Shown piece after piece: positions 25,301-38,929 of a DNA stretch of 64,000 nt. Each line of letters starts with the position of its first letter. Within the stretch, counting starts at the first letter, position 1. The notes beneath the pieces were generated by a model that was not told the DNA's origin, ran no database searches, and was given only the letters and a program-made list of their open reading frames with translations. The position numbers and the translations under genes are program-made. The stretch is taken from positions 9,486,001 to 9,550,000 of the forward strand of contig NC_135259.1 in NCBI RefSeq assembly GCF_964204865.1, given 5' to 3'. The DNA comes from Styela clava. Its lineage: Eukaryota.

Positions 25301-28300
25301 GACCGTTCTGCACCGGTTCAGTGACTAATCACCTGTCCCGCAGTCTTATATTGTGATATGGCTTTTTTTAGATCAAGATTTTTTCCATTTTTTTTCTCTT
25401 CTTGAACGTACCTGCGTCGCATGGTTGTGCTTCTGTTTCGTCTGGTATTTCTGGACACACATCAGCTCGTGTACGTCTTTGGACACCCTTGAAGTAAAAC
25501 GTAAAGCGTTATATATATATGTTTAGGAAATATGGACAGAACAGCATAGAATTTGTCGCAAATGAAAGTAGAAACCATACCATATTGCATGTAACTGAAC
25601 AGGCCGACCAGATGCTCCATCCCAGTTTACCACAGCACGGTTGTTCATTACAAGCTCTGACTTCGATTTTGTCGTCCAATGCACATGTATGTATCTAAAA
25701 GTCAAAAACAATATCTTTATGAGTAAACTCAATCTACTTTTCAATAGGTCTTCACAACAACGTATCCTTTGATATAATGGGTTTACAGATTGGACTGGGC
25801 AAGAAAGACAATCATACGGAGATTCTGTTTCTACTACCACACGTCCGTGGCTTTGTTCTAAGCAAAGCTGAAAAAGAATTGTAATGTCACATAAGCAAGT
25901 AAGTCTAAATACCTGTTTCCTGGTTGAAAATCCCCCGTCACAGGACGCTGAACATGGCGTCCAATCAGACCACGCGCTGTAGGATCCATCTCCGATGTGA
26001 CATTCTCTAGAGGTCGAAGTAACACCAATACAACCTGTTGTGTAACATGTTAAAGTAATAAATTTCTGCTATACAGATATTAGTTTAATTTAAAGTTGTT
26101 GAAAATGATACGATCTATAAAAATTGTCTCGCCGGCACCACTTTAGATATTTTTTATTGGTATCAAATAACCTGCGTGGGTGACACTGGAAATTGGTAAT
26201 TTTACACTTTTATCAGCCAATTATGTCGACTCTACATCGTACCGCAAAAAGTTTACTAGTATTTTGAATTTGAAAACAACAAAAAAATACTCGTAATTTG
26301 TTTTTAAAAAGAACCTATTTTGGTAAATTTTCGACAGCAAAAACTTTTTTTTCAAAGTGTAATTGCACTTCGATATTTTTGGTGAAGAAAATTTTGCATA
26401 ATTGTTTTGTCGATTCTGTGCTATCAATTCAATATTACATGTTCTTAGATGATGCAGAAATGTTTTATAAGCACGTAAGAACTGCGTTGACAACCTAATT
26501 TAACGCTAAAACCACTTCCTAAACAATCAACGTTCTTTCATTTCATTGAACGAGAGAAATATCATCATCAGACTTGTATCGTTCTGTACCATCCTCGCAC
26601 TTTTTGTATTTATTTTTAGACTTGTTGTGATACGTCGCAATCACAGCACGTCAGTGATAGCATAATACGAAATTGGGAAATCATGTACTAACGTTGTAGC
26701 ATTTTTTTTTTAATATTATTCCTCAAAATATTTTCCATTTAGATTCATAAATTTTGAGATGATAAAAATCCGATTAATTTACCTGGTTCCCCCACGGATG
26801 CCGCATAGCAAACTCTCGTTCTAGTTTGTGATCCTTTACCACAACTTGTACTGCATTGACCATAGCCTGACCAGCCACTCCAGTAACCACACTGATTGCC
26901 AACAGGATTGGCACATTTTCTGTGCGAAACAAGTAAAAGAGAAATGGTAATAGATTACAATCTTTGGCCTAACTAAAAATCTTATCCTTAATATACAATG
27001 ATAAGATTTTGAAAATAATTGAAGACACAAAATTCGGCCCGCTTACTGGAATCAAAAATAATTTCAAACGTTTGTTGAATTTTTTATTATACTACTCGCT
27101 AATGCTACTTGATTTGAATAGTTATGAATTAGATATGTAATAAGGTGGGATTTCTATTTTTATACAGTTTTTTGTTTACAGCTATAAAAAAATCGATGAC
27201 ACTAACTCAACTTATGCGACTATCTTGACTGCTCATATTTCTATCGTAGACTGTTTTTGAAAATAAATACTGCAAAATTAAAAAAATAATTTGATATTAT
27301 TTATAATTTCTCACTTGTAATCAAAACAGTTTCCTTGACATGCACCTTCACCTGGAATACATCCATTACAACGACGCATTCTTCTTCTCACTCCCATTCC
27401 ACAATAGCCTTCGCAGGCACTCCAGCCACCCCATGGATACCATCCACAACCTGCACATGAAAATATACATTTCCGTCATTTAAGAAACCCATTATATATA
27501 AATATTCGAGTATATAGCGAATATGTTGGAATAAATTCATTCATACTGAAATACAAAGTGAAGAAATATTTCAAATCTATAATATTAATGATGACATATC
27601 AATTTTTGATAAAACAAACATTACCATTTAAATAATTTATCCTAAATATTTCTCTTCAAAATTTTCAGGATCCGATTTCATCGGTTATTGAATTTTTGAT
27701 TTTATCTCAATTGTTCACTACCCTGGTCGTGGATTCTCTTCACTTCTGAGTTAGTGATCTAGCTGTCATTTAGCGTTTTAATATAAAAAACATATTTTAC
27801 ATTATTCACGCCGCTTCTCATTAATAGCAATAAGAACGAATATTTGTTCTAAAAGGTGGAATATCTTGTAACAAACACTTACGGGGAGCTGTTGGTCTTG
27901 TGGTATAAATTTGTATCGAAGGTGTAGGCGTTGCAGATCTAAGCATAACTTCTTCTTGCGGTGTAAATTGTGAAATGACAATAATGAGTTCAAGTTGTTG
28001 TTCGTTTATGAGATTTGCCAAGAAATATTCTCTCGTCCGCTTGAAATTGTTTACTAAAGGCTTCAAAAATTCTTCAATTTCTAGTTCTTTTTTGGTTGGT
28101 GTTGGTGTTGGACGGGGTCGATACACTCTCGTTGGTTTCACGTATGGTTTAGGATTGTACGGCTTGGGTTTTGGTTTGTACGGCTGAGGCTTTGGATTGT
28201 ATGTTCTTGGCGTACGGGGGTTGGAATATACTCTTTTATCTCCCAGTAAATAAGTTCTGTCTGCAAAATGATATATTGTTTATTAATTGTTATTCATAAT

Positions 28301-29803
28301 AATTATGAAAATTGTAAATTGTGATGTGGTATCGAACAACGATTTAAAAACAGTCCGCATAGGAAGGGATCAAGGTTTCTCAATATTGCAAGAACAGGTT
28401 TAACTTATAATAGGATTATTTATGTATTCATACTATTTCTACCAGCAACTATTAAAATATTATCCGCAGTCTACATTCATATATCGTCATTGTAACTGCG
28501 TCATAATTTTCTTCAAATGACCGCGTAGACTTCAGAAAGTTGAATCATCGTATTTTAACTTATCATTTATTGTTCATTGAAGAATCCGAACAGAAGAAAG
28601 TTACCACAAAATCTTCGAAGCCTTTTTCCTGTGAACACGCAATTTAACCAATGGTCTACAATGGTCGTTATCCGATACATGGTCTTTCTCGACGAATCAT
28701 CATCCAACATAGCGGATAGGACTTCTTCTGCTTTTGATCTTGTGTATTGTTGCGTATTTCTTTTGAAGCATTTTGGCTTATCCTGTAACAAAGTCAAGTT
28801 TATCAAATATCTGTTCATATTGTTTATTTGAACTGAAACTTAACGCACGCTCTCAAGCTACAATTAAATTGCCAGACCATTCATACGTCAGTCATATACC
28901 TCTTTTTAACTAGAGCACATCTCTGTTTAATCTTTACTATAAATGTTTAAAAATACACGTGAATTTCATTCGTGGTTTATCAGTTTTATAAAAGATTCAG
29001 ATTACCTTCTCGCTTAATACTTACAATATTAGTGTCGTCGTAGCAGCAATTCTTTTTGTTACATCTTGCTTCAGTAATGTTCTTTTGTAAACATTTTTGT
29101 TGTTTTCGTTTTGGTACTCGACAGACCAAACCTGAAATATTGTAGTTTTTGCGTAATATTACTATCTTCTTATTGATGGCGAGAAGAATGCTTGCTTTAA
29201 ACCAAAGTTACACTGTTTTGATATTTATCTTTGTTTAACGGATCATTTTTTCACGATTTATTTGATTTACTACAACTTTGTATTGAAACTACTCAAATTG
29301 CATTAACATTTACTAGAGTGCATTTTTTTCTCACACTGAGTTTGGAGAAATTTAAAAAAAATGATAATAACACATTGTACGCCACCAACACCAGAAGTTT
29401 TTCATCTGTTGAAACTAAATGATATTGATGTATATATAGCTAATAAAGCAAATATGACCACGGGTGATTTCGTATATTAGCGATTTACAACTTTTATGTT
29501 CTGTTTCCTTGCGTAAAAATATTTACAACTTATATGATATTCTGAAGTTTCTAAATATATCTCGGTCATCCAATACGTAATTACTGAATTTTGAAATACT
29601 GTTCGATCAGAATTCATACTTGTCAATGTCGATGTCATTTGAATAACCGTTTCTTTGTCTAATCCCAAATTTCCAAAATTAGGCTCGGTATCTTCCTCTA
29701 CAACTTCTACATTTTCTTCAGTTTCTTCAAGTGAAAATACGTTGTCACAATGAACAATCCCGAGTGCACCAAGGCATAGCAGTGCCAGCAATATCTTTCT
29801 CAT
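16313..29803 (-). CDS. Large secreted protein: signal peptide + trefoil (P-type) domain + Tyr/Lys/Pro-rich segment + 28 thrombospondin type-1 repeats and 1 atypical terminal repeat (at least 1650 aa; final exon not resolved)
   Basis: GT-AG, phase-consistent exons: 29803-29527, 29131-29025, 28782-28605, 28260-27883, 27450-27315, 26919-26783, 26034-25913, 25694-25581, 25487-25412, 25058-24908, 24280-24042, 22904-22804, 22702-22588, 22172-21988, 21846-21584, 21411-21204, 20969-20667, 20446-20284, 20104-19913, 19586-19450, 19290-19197, 18970-18771, 18695-18519, 18136-17895, 17797-17601, 17354-17158, 16681-16597, 16487-16313 (4949 nt, ending at a phase-2 donor). Signal peptide MRKILLALLCLGALGIVHC. 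Trefoil CRVPKRKQQKCLQKNITEARCNKKNCCYDDTNIDKPKCF. Repeated WxxWxxCSxTCGGGxxxRxRxC units. Confidence 0.93.
24741..24849. mobile_element. Fold-back MITE of the same family in an intron of the TSR gene
   Basis: CTCCTCAAGTATGCGCACCAAGATGGCGCACAGCCTGAAC ... GTTCAGGTTGTGCGCCATCTTGGTGCGCATACTTCAGGAGTACC. Left terminus is eroded and no TSD is visible. Confidence 0.8.
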
Positions 29804-32800
29804 TGTTATGGTAGTATAGCGCCACAAGTATAGCTGAAATAAGAAAATATGATAGGCTATTGTTAAAGTTCAATTGTATTTAGTTCAGCAGAAACGTTAT
29901 AATACCCACTGTAAGTTGCTGATTAATTATAAGCACTGATTTTTATGCAACCTTTTTATTTAATTTATGTCGTTCGCTGTTACACGATGACGAGATAATG
30001 TTTAGGTTTAAGTATATATGTTGTCAATGAATATGAGTTTTTGTAACATGTAAGCTTTGATTCAATCTTCAAAAGAAAGAGCAAAATTCATTGGGTATTG
30101 CGTTGAGCTCATTTTTGTTTTCATAGCGGTTAGAGATCATACATTCAGAATCGGTCTAGTTAAATTCTTTTTTAGTTTAAAAAGCAAACTTTTATTATAT
30201 GAGACATTTTTCATATTATAGCAGAAATATATATATTAAATCACGTTCGTTTAATTTTGACGTAATCAATACAGAAGAGAATCTCCTCTGTGATGCGCAA
30301 TTCACCTCGGTTGCTAAACTAACGACTTTTATCTAACGCGAGATGTTTATTTGAGAATCTCACTCTGTATGTTGATTCTAAATGTCTGCATTTTAATTTA
30401 TCCATAACACCTAAAAAATATATTTGCCACCAACCCCAATTCATCAAATCAAGTGTCTGAGCTGCTGAGCAGATGTTTAACCACATTACTGCCAATTACT
30501 ACCATCTAAAAACAGACATTCATCTTATTCTAGCACTTTATACATTATTTCGCTCTTTACTAATTCTTTTTGAACGGAAGTACTCCACAGACGTATGCCT
30601 TAGACATGATTCTGGTCGTGATTTTCACGCCTATTTATCGCCAGAATTTAAGTAGCCCTCGACGAAAAAAGATTGATGAGAAAAAATAATATCGTTTCTA
30701 TCTATTCGTGATATACTGCATTCAACTTCATGGATTGGCCCGAGGCACGCTAAAACGTCAGAGGTATTTTATATGATTTTAACGATATGGTGGACAACAG
30801 AAACGGTACACACAACACTGTTCTCTTTTGCCTTGCAAAGAGTCGAATAATCATAGTCGGGGATCATGCTCTTCATTTCAGTTCAAACTGTCGAGAAAGG
30901 GGGCTGCTAAGAAAAATCATAATACGCCAAAAAATTCGAATGCCCGATGGTATAACGACGTATTGAATATTAATCACAATCATTGTATATTCAAAACTTT
31001 ATAGATATTTCTTCTGGAAATATTTGCTATTTTGTTAGGCCAGGAAAGATAGCACATACGGTTTTTGCCGATATAAAAAACTGTTGTAAAGTTTTATTCC
31101 ATATCTGTAATAAAACAACTTTGACAAACGTTATCAGATTTGACATGCTATTCAATATTTTTTGGTTTGATACAATATTAAATCGGGTTACAGGTTAAAA
31201 TTCAAAATATGTCAAATTGTACGAGCAACGCAAAAGTTTTTTTTTAGAAGGCAAATGGACGTTGTAACGTAAACAAACAACACACTCATTTATAAACAAC
31301 GTTGGTCAGGTATCGTCAAATGACACGCATTTGATTTAGTTCACCTTGCGTGGGATGTATAGACAAAATTTTGTTTTTGTCGTAATTTAACTTTTATTAA
31401 TGACTGCAAAATTCATGCTTACACAAAGTTTACATTTATGCCTAAACAGAAAGTGTTGACGAACTGTTACTTCTTGAACATTTTGATTAACTTTCATTAA
31501 CTTCTCTATTTTGTTTATCAGAAATTGCGATAACAATACTTAAATTTATTTTCTTCTTAGTAATAATAAATTCAGTTACCGATCTTTGTGTTTAGCTATC
31601 ATTTGATAAATAGACTTATAGTGAATGAGAGTTAATATGAAAACAATGGATCATGTTTAAATTATATCCTTACTTGCTCATAACTCCGTTAAAAATGAGT
31701 AAGTTTCCTGAAAAAATACGGGTCGAGCGGTTCTTAGTCATACTACGAAATATGCGAAACAATTGCTACAGCTTATCTGATAAACAATTTATAGTTCGTA
31801 CCACCCCGTACCGTTTTGGACAATCGACGGTTTTGTCAGCGTTTCGTCAGTAAAGCGTTTCCGTTCAGGGTTAAAATTATGTGAAATATTCTGATATTTT
31901 TGCTTTTATGTAATTTTATAATTGAAAATGAAAGGTATTTTAGTTTTTTGTGTTTCCCCAAAATAACAACTTTTACTTCATTATCTGTAGGAAATATCTT
32001 AAGAACATAAATAATATAATCCAAAAAATGAAGATTGAAACGTATCCAAATTCAAAATTTGTAGAACCCAAACATAGTTTTTTAAACAACGGAATTGTAA
32101 TTTTTTTAGTAGATTTTTCTCGAAGTTTTAAGTTTTTTCGCATTTCTAAACGAATTTATATTACATAAATAATAAAACCATGCTGATAGCACAACCTTGC
32201 CTGATACCATATCTTCTATACATGACTCGAAAAGTTCATTCACGTTAATTTCCTTTGTGGCATTTGTCGTGTAATTGATCGACGTACGCATTTTATTTAA
32301 ATATATTTTTACCCCACCCTCCCTCAAATTCAATATTGACATGGAACACTCATTATAAGTGAATGTCCCAAAGCTGCTTTCAAAAAGTTTTGAAAAAATT
32401 CCTATAATTAAATCAGGAAAGTCAAAATTAATGAAAAATCAATTTACGATGATTAATTGTTTCCTCTACCTGGTTTTTCTAAAACGAAAATTAATTAACT
32501 ATTCCTATATTTATTGTTGTTATCACGTTGGTGATATATGATCTGGATGATTATCTTCAATATTGAGGTTCTGTTCACCGACAACACAAATATGAAATAC
32601 TAAACGATTCCTTGTTCAAAGCTTCATCATGTTTGTTTTATTCGCGTCTTTGGAGTTAATTAATTTGATATACTTCACGAAATTTTATATCGTTTTTATG
32701 TTTAAAAAACCTACGATTTTAAAAATTTAAAGATTGATACACCGAATTTTTTTCTACAAACGTCTTTACATTTGATACTGATCACATTCTGTCGGGATAG

Positions 32801-35800
32801 TTTGATAAAGTTCTTTTGAAAAAAAAATATATCGATCTTTTGGATCTTTCTCTGTGTAGATTTTATAACCCAGTGATGCAAAGAACAATAAAGAGTTTGT
32901 CTGAGTGTAAAAATATTATTTTAATTTCTCGCGCTGGCTCAAACGTCATTTCTCAGAATACTATTGTACAGGAAAAATATTAAAAAAGCAGCACAAATTC
33001 TTTGTAACGGGGATGTCAAAACATTACATAATGATATAGCTGTCATACGTGGGCATTGTTGTTATTGACGCACTTGCAATCAGTCTGCAATAACTTTTGT
33101 TTACGCGTCGGGCTGCAGGAAAAATATTATGAAAGCTTTTAATGACAAAGTTCAATTAATTGTTTCGCAAATATCGTGAGCTTGAGGTGATCATTGCTTT
33201 GTTTGTCTTTATTTATGTCACGGGGATTTAAAAACAGCATTGACGATATAAACCGCCGCAAGAGCATACACCGCCACAGGAACTAGTCTTTAATAGTTTT
33301 ACTTCAAGTCGTTGTTCTATTCAAAGTATATCTAAATATTTAAACAAAAATGCACCCCCGGTGCACAATTAAAAGATAACATCTCATAATTCTGACTATC
33401 GCAAATTGCAAACAGTTACCACGATTTATAATTTGGAATTTATGATAATATTGCAATGTAAATCAAAAATGTATTACGAAATACATTTTTCTTGGGTATT
33501 TGTGATGGCTGCAATTTTCCTGCTTCTTAGCAATCTAGTCATGCATTGCTGCAAGCTTTTTAATAAATTCTATTAGGTTCTATGTTTGAAATAATTTATT
33601 GATTTTAATTTTACGGAATTATGTGAAGTAAAAATGAATAGAAAAATTATTAATGTAGAGGGTTATTTATTCAAATTTTACATACATTCAAATCATCGTT
33701 TCAAAATTGAGATAACATTTTTATATATATACATAATTGCTCCAGGATGTATCAAGTTGCATATTATTCCTGTTATGAAAGTTCTTAACATCCTTTAGAC
33801 CAAATATTGCTGAAGATAAGATTTCACAAGTATATACTGGCTATATAAATGTTAAACTTTCACCCTTAAATTAATTTCTTATATTGTTAATTCGTTTCTG
33901 CGAATCCTAATATTTTCTGTTTTAAATTAAAAAAACATTTATAATATATAAATAATTTGGTTTCGTAAGATTAGAATTTTTTTGAACACCCTCATAATAA
34001 CTTTCGCCTAATTCATCAGTTATTTGTACAATATAACAATTACGGAATTTTCACGAACGCGGTAACTTCCAAATTTAGAGAAAATTTCTCGTCGCCGGAC
34101 ACACGTGAACACTATTAACACTTAAAATCAATGATAATAAAATAATTACATAAATATAATTGCTTAATAAGTAGAAGTGCTTGACGTCACTTGTGTAAAT
34201 TTTAACACCTTTCTGTACAAACAATTCATTAACAAAAATTTCCTTGCGGCCTAATCGTATAATTATAAGGATATCCTTATAAGAAATGGATCCCCTGTTT
34301 CACATGTATTACCTATATAAAAGTAATATATCAAATTATATTTAATGAGCTGTAACTTGAGTAAGTCTTTGAGTTAAATTCTATTAAATGTAATTAGAAT
34401 TACGATTCTCGTTATATTCTTTCGTTTATAGTAATCCTATATATTACTACTATATGAAACATTTCAAAGAAATTCTATTATAAGAGTCAATTTAAAAAGA
34501 AAACGGTTTTTCATTTAACAGTGCATTTAACAAATAAGATTCAATTGTGTTTTTATTGCGCTACTCGCAGACGATTCATGTTTTGTCAACAGCAAACAGG
34601 AATTACAGCGAACGATATTCAACATCAAAAAAATTGAAAATGTACAAACATGTAATAGTGGGAAAGTATATACAAAAAAATATTTGTGGTAGAATATGAT
34701 AGATCCTTATAATGTTTTCAACGTTTTTTTATTGATAATTGAGTTAACCTAAGTACATAAACAATCCCACGGAATCATATCCAATATCGTATATGTAAAC
34801 ATGTTATGAAAAATATAACGTTGTCCGTGCAATACCTCTTTCGGTAGCTTTTTTCTAATTTTTTATGGCCGGTTTACGTAAAAATTACGTTGAAATTCAA
34901 TATCTTTTGATATTTCTTTGGTTACGAAAGAAGATTGTATTTATTATTGCGTTCTTAGATGTAGTACCATAAAAATTGATTGTTTTCTGCATGAAACAAC
35001 GAAATGTGTACATTAGGCTACATATTTGCACAATCTTAAAATAGTTAAACTTTGTTTATATCAATTGTCGTAACATTTATTTTCTCAAATTTCCATTTCA
35101 GTTCATTTTGGCCCAAATATATTAAACGGTAATTCTTATCTTTCCTATATCTATACCATAACTTAATGTATTTCGGTTTGATAAACGAAATATTTGCATT
35201 AAGCAAATTCACTTTTGAAATTCGTCAGAATGGATATTAATTTAAATACCAACAGGGAGATCTTATTATAGTATATAATGGTAAACATACTACCGGTATA
35301 TGTATATAAGTGCAAAGTCCTTCTCTTATGTTATATTGCGTTATCAGAAAAAACATTGATAACAAGAATAAAAAATTGCTATCAATTGTTAATAAATTCC
35401 AACATACCTGTTACAGCTTTGCTTCCGATTTTATGAAATCGTTGGCAGTGTCACGATGGTACGCAGCACAGGCTTTAAAACTTAAGAGAAATTTAGTTAT
35501 TATGCTAAATAACAAAACAAAAAAATTTAATATGAACATTGATTAGGAAATAAAAATTCGATTAGCGATCTCCTTGTTCTGGTTGCACGAACTTACGTCC
35601 ATTTTTGTCGTACAACAAGCTTTAAAAGCGTGCTATGCAATGACGCTGTATTCTTTTTACAAATAATTACTCATGAAAACTAATTTATATATATTTCAAC
35701 ATCTAGGAATCATTGATACGGTGCTGCAGCAAACAGTCCACGCATTTTTTGAACAATAATTGATCAAATTGTAGACTGGCTCTCTCTACGTATCTAAAAG

Positions 35801-38693
35801 ATTCAAAATAGGTTTATTATAATCGGATTAAACACGTAGAGTAAGATTTAGAAAGTGTTCGGTTTAATATATTGATGAATGAAACCTACAATTTGTTTAA
35901 GTGTGTGTTTCAAGTCAGTTTTTAGGGAGCATATGTCCAATATGAGGCTGCATTTTCCTTAACGTAAAAACTGGTAAAAGGAGAATTTATTTGCCTCATC
36001 TCTGTAAATAAGTTGGTTATTTGTCAACATTCCTTCTCTGCGCAGGATCCTTGCATGGAATATCTATCAATACACTTTACGATGATTTTATGGAATATTC
36101 TGAACTACTGGATCACAAAATCATTGGTTGGTCAGACCGTTGACTTTAGTAGTTTGCCAATTTATGATTCGAACCTTAACAATTCTCCCCTCCATCTTAC
36201 ATATTGAATTTTTTGAATATGGATATAAAGAGAAATCTTGAATCTTGAAATAAAATAAATTATAACTTCCAAAGTATTGTGTGAAATGAATAATTGAGTA
36301 AAAGCAATATTAATTGCTATATGAAAGTTTCAATCTAAAATCAAATTTTTCATTGGTCGGTTGGCTGGATATAATGTATATTTTCCCCTCAGGCGCGGTA
36401 TTTATGATCAAGTCCCAAAACAAACAAACGCGTCCAAGAGATTAAGTAATAATTTGATTTCTCTACTCCAAACTATCAACAAAATAATCTGACAAAACGT
36501 GATAAATTTGGACCTGGTACATCTGATCACGTAATGGTCGCGCCCATCAGTATAACTAAAATTGCCAACCTTTGAAACTGTGTAGTTTCGCAAGCGTTAA
36601 CTTACACGTTATCACCCGAACCTCGGATAACAATAAAATGGCTTATTATAGCCCATAGTCGTGTTTTAAATGCTGATCCCACAGATATCTAAATTTGACT
36701 CATCACCATTTTATTCAATTAGGTAATTTTTTTTAATCAAAATTTCCTACAATTTTCTTATAAACCAATGAAATTAACCAACGTTCAACCATATATTTCC
36801 TTAATAAATTACAAGGGATAGAATTACACTCAAAAGGCTCATAAAACACCCATGAATCTTATCGTACAAGCAATACACCTAATTTGACTTCCGAAGTCGA
36901 CTACTGATGATATGATTGCATCAAAATGAATCACGTTCAATTTATAGTCAATTTACAATTGTTTTTTGTATAGAATATGGAGAATGTCATTTGAGTGTGA
37001 TAATGAATTAGTGCCTTGGTACCGGTAGAATTATGTTACATCACCGATCCCGCGATCTGAGGTTGTTATTAGAGTGACGTCGGTGTACCAATTATGACAC
37101 TATATTTAGAAGGTAATCGCTGCGTTAGGAACTTTTAATCAGAAAACTTAGATCAACAGAGAATTAATTGATCGCTTTGTTTGTGATGGTTGACAATTTA
37201 CTTTTGTAACAGTAGTGTTAATTTCGGAAATAAAATCTGATAAATTTTGGTTCATTTTTGTTTGATTAATACCTTTTCAAAATGATATGGTTAGAGGTTT
37301 TGGCCTGATTATAATGACATCTCATCGGTTTACAATGTTTTTCACGTTATTCACTCAGCATGAAATTTCACCAAAATGTTAAACCTAATCCTGTATATGC
37401 GACACGTTAAATATTTCGTTAAAAGCCATCTATTCTAATTCCGGAAATTTTCAGCCTGTTTCAAAATCTCGCCTTTGGCAATTAATTAAAAAAAATAACG
37501 GTGTTGTGGTAACAAAAAACTCTTTAATTACAAAATGTGTTGATTTGAATGTGATCACTTGTTATTGAACAGTTTTATATATACATACTTCGATATTTGA
37601 ATACTATTCTTAGATATGTTCAACGAGAAATATTTTGTTGTTCTATTTCAATTTTATCAGATGGAAATTAAAAAATGATAACGCTATAGGAATGTGATTA
37701 TGTATGTAAGTCTCATTTTCTCAACACAGCATGGTATGATATCTACCTTAAATAAAAATCTTCACCCAATTGCTTATAATGAATTTGGTATTTTTTATCA
37801 TATCGTCGGATCACGTGATACTTTCAATAAAAAGTGAGTCTCAAATACTGATGGACGTAATGATCTCATAACAAACGTACAAATAAACGAAATATAAAGT
37901 TTGATTTGAATCCATCGTTATAAGTAACTAGCACATATAACTAGGCCAGTTCACATGCGAATAAAAATGCTTGTCACATTTTGGTGAAATAATTTGACAA
38001 AATATTTTCGCCCAACTACGGAGCAATTTGACCATTTTCGACGTAATAACACTCAAAATTGCCACCTGTGAGAAAGTCATGACAATGAACAATCGCTTCT
38101 GATCGACCCCCTAAACTACGTATATAAAAGTACCTTGTAATTTCGAAAGGTATTTTAAGAATATACCACAATTGTTAAACTTAAGTTATCAATTTACCAA
38201 AAGCAGAGTACTCATCAAACAAATTATGGTTTTTCCTGCATAATTTCTTAACCACACTGAGAAGATATAAGGAGCGTTTGAGATCTAATCTGACTAGATG
38301 AAATAGTCATAACGTTCCTTTTTTAGTTATTGTGTGACGTTAATCAGTTAACGGAGAATTTTCTCTTTCAAATCTTTAGTAATAATAATTATAATATGAA
38401 TACTACAACATAAATAGAATTCATGGCTTTAGTTTTACATTGCTATGTCGACGAAGGGTATACCCAAAAATATGTTTGCATTTTTTAAATAGTTGTAATT
38501 GCGTTCAGTTGGAATTTTTATATAGTATAAATCAATATGAAAGGACCTCAACTTGCACACTCTAATGCGCAAACAAATCACCTGCTTTAATCAGCAGTGG
38601 ATTTTTAAGGAAGTAAACAATAAATGTATGTCATGAAAGGAAATATTTGGTCTTACAAGCAATTCAAAGTATATACAGAGAGGTCGAAAAGTT

Positions 38694-38929
38694 GGTACTC
38701 CCGAAGTATGTGAACCAAGATGGCGGACACCGGAACGTAGTATGTGTAGCAGGTTAGGGCTAGGCCATAATTTCATGTACAAATACTACGGGAGTCACTT
38801 GGCTAGTCCCCGAACTCGTAAAAGAATTAAAATAAGGAAAATTGGGATAAAATTATGGCCTAACCCTAATCGGGTACACATACTACGTTCCGGTGTCCGC
38901 AATCTTGGTTCACATACTTCGGGAGTACC
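38694..38929. mobile_element. Fold-back MITE with GG termini and 8-bp TSD (Merlin-like)
   Basis: About 85-bp near-perfect TIRs starting GGTACTCCCGAAGTATGTGAACCAAGATGGCGGACACCGGAACGTAGTATGTGTA. TSD GAAAAGTT at 38686-38693 and 38930-38937. Confidence 0.9.

Noticed and set aside
16313-29803. Calling the TSR gene ADAMTS, hemicentin, SCO-spondin or properdin
   Set aside because: No metalloprotease HExxH domain, Ig, vWD or LDLa domains in the mapped exons, and the repeat number and trefoil do not fit.
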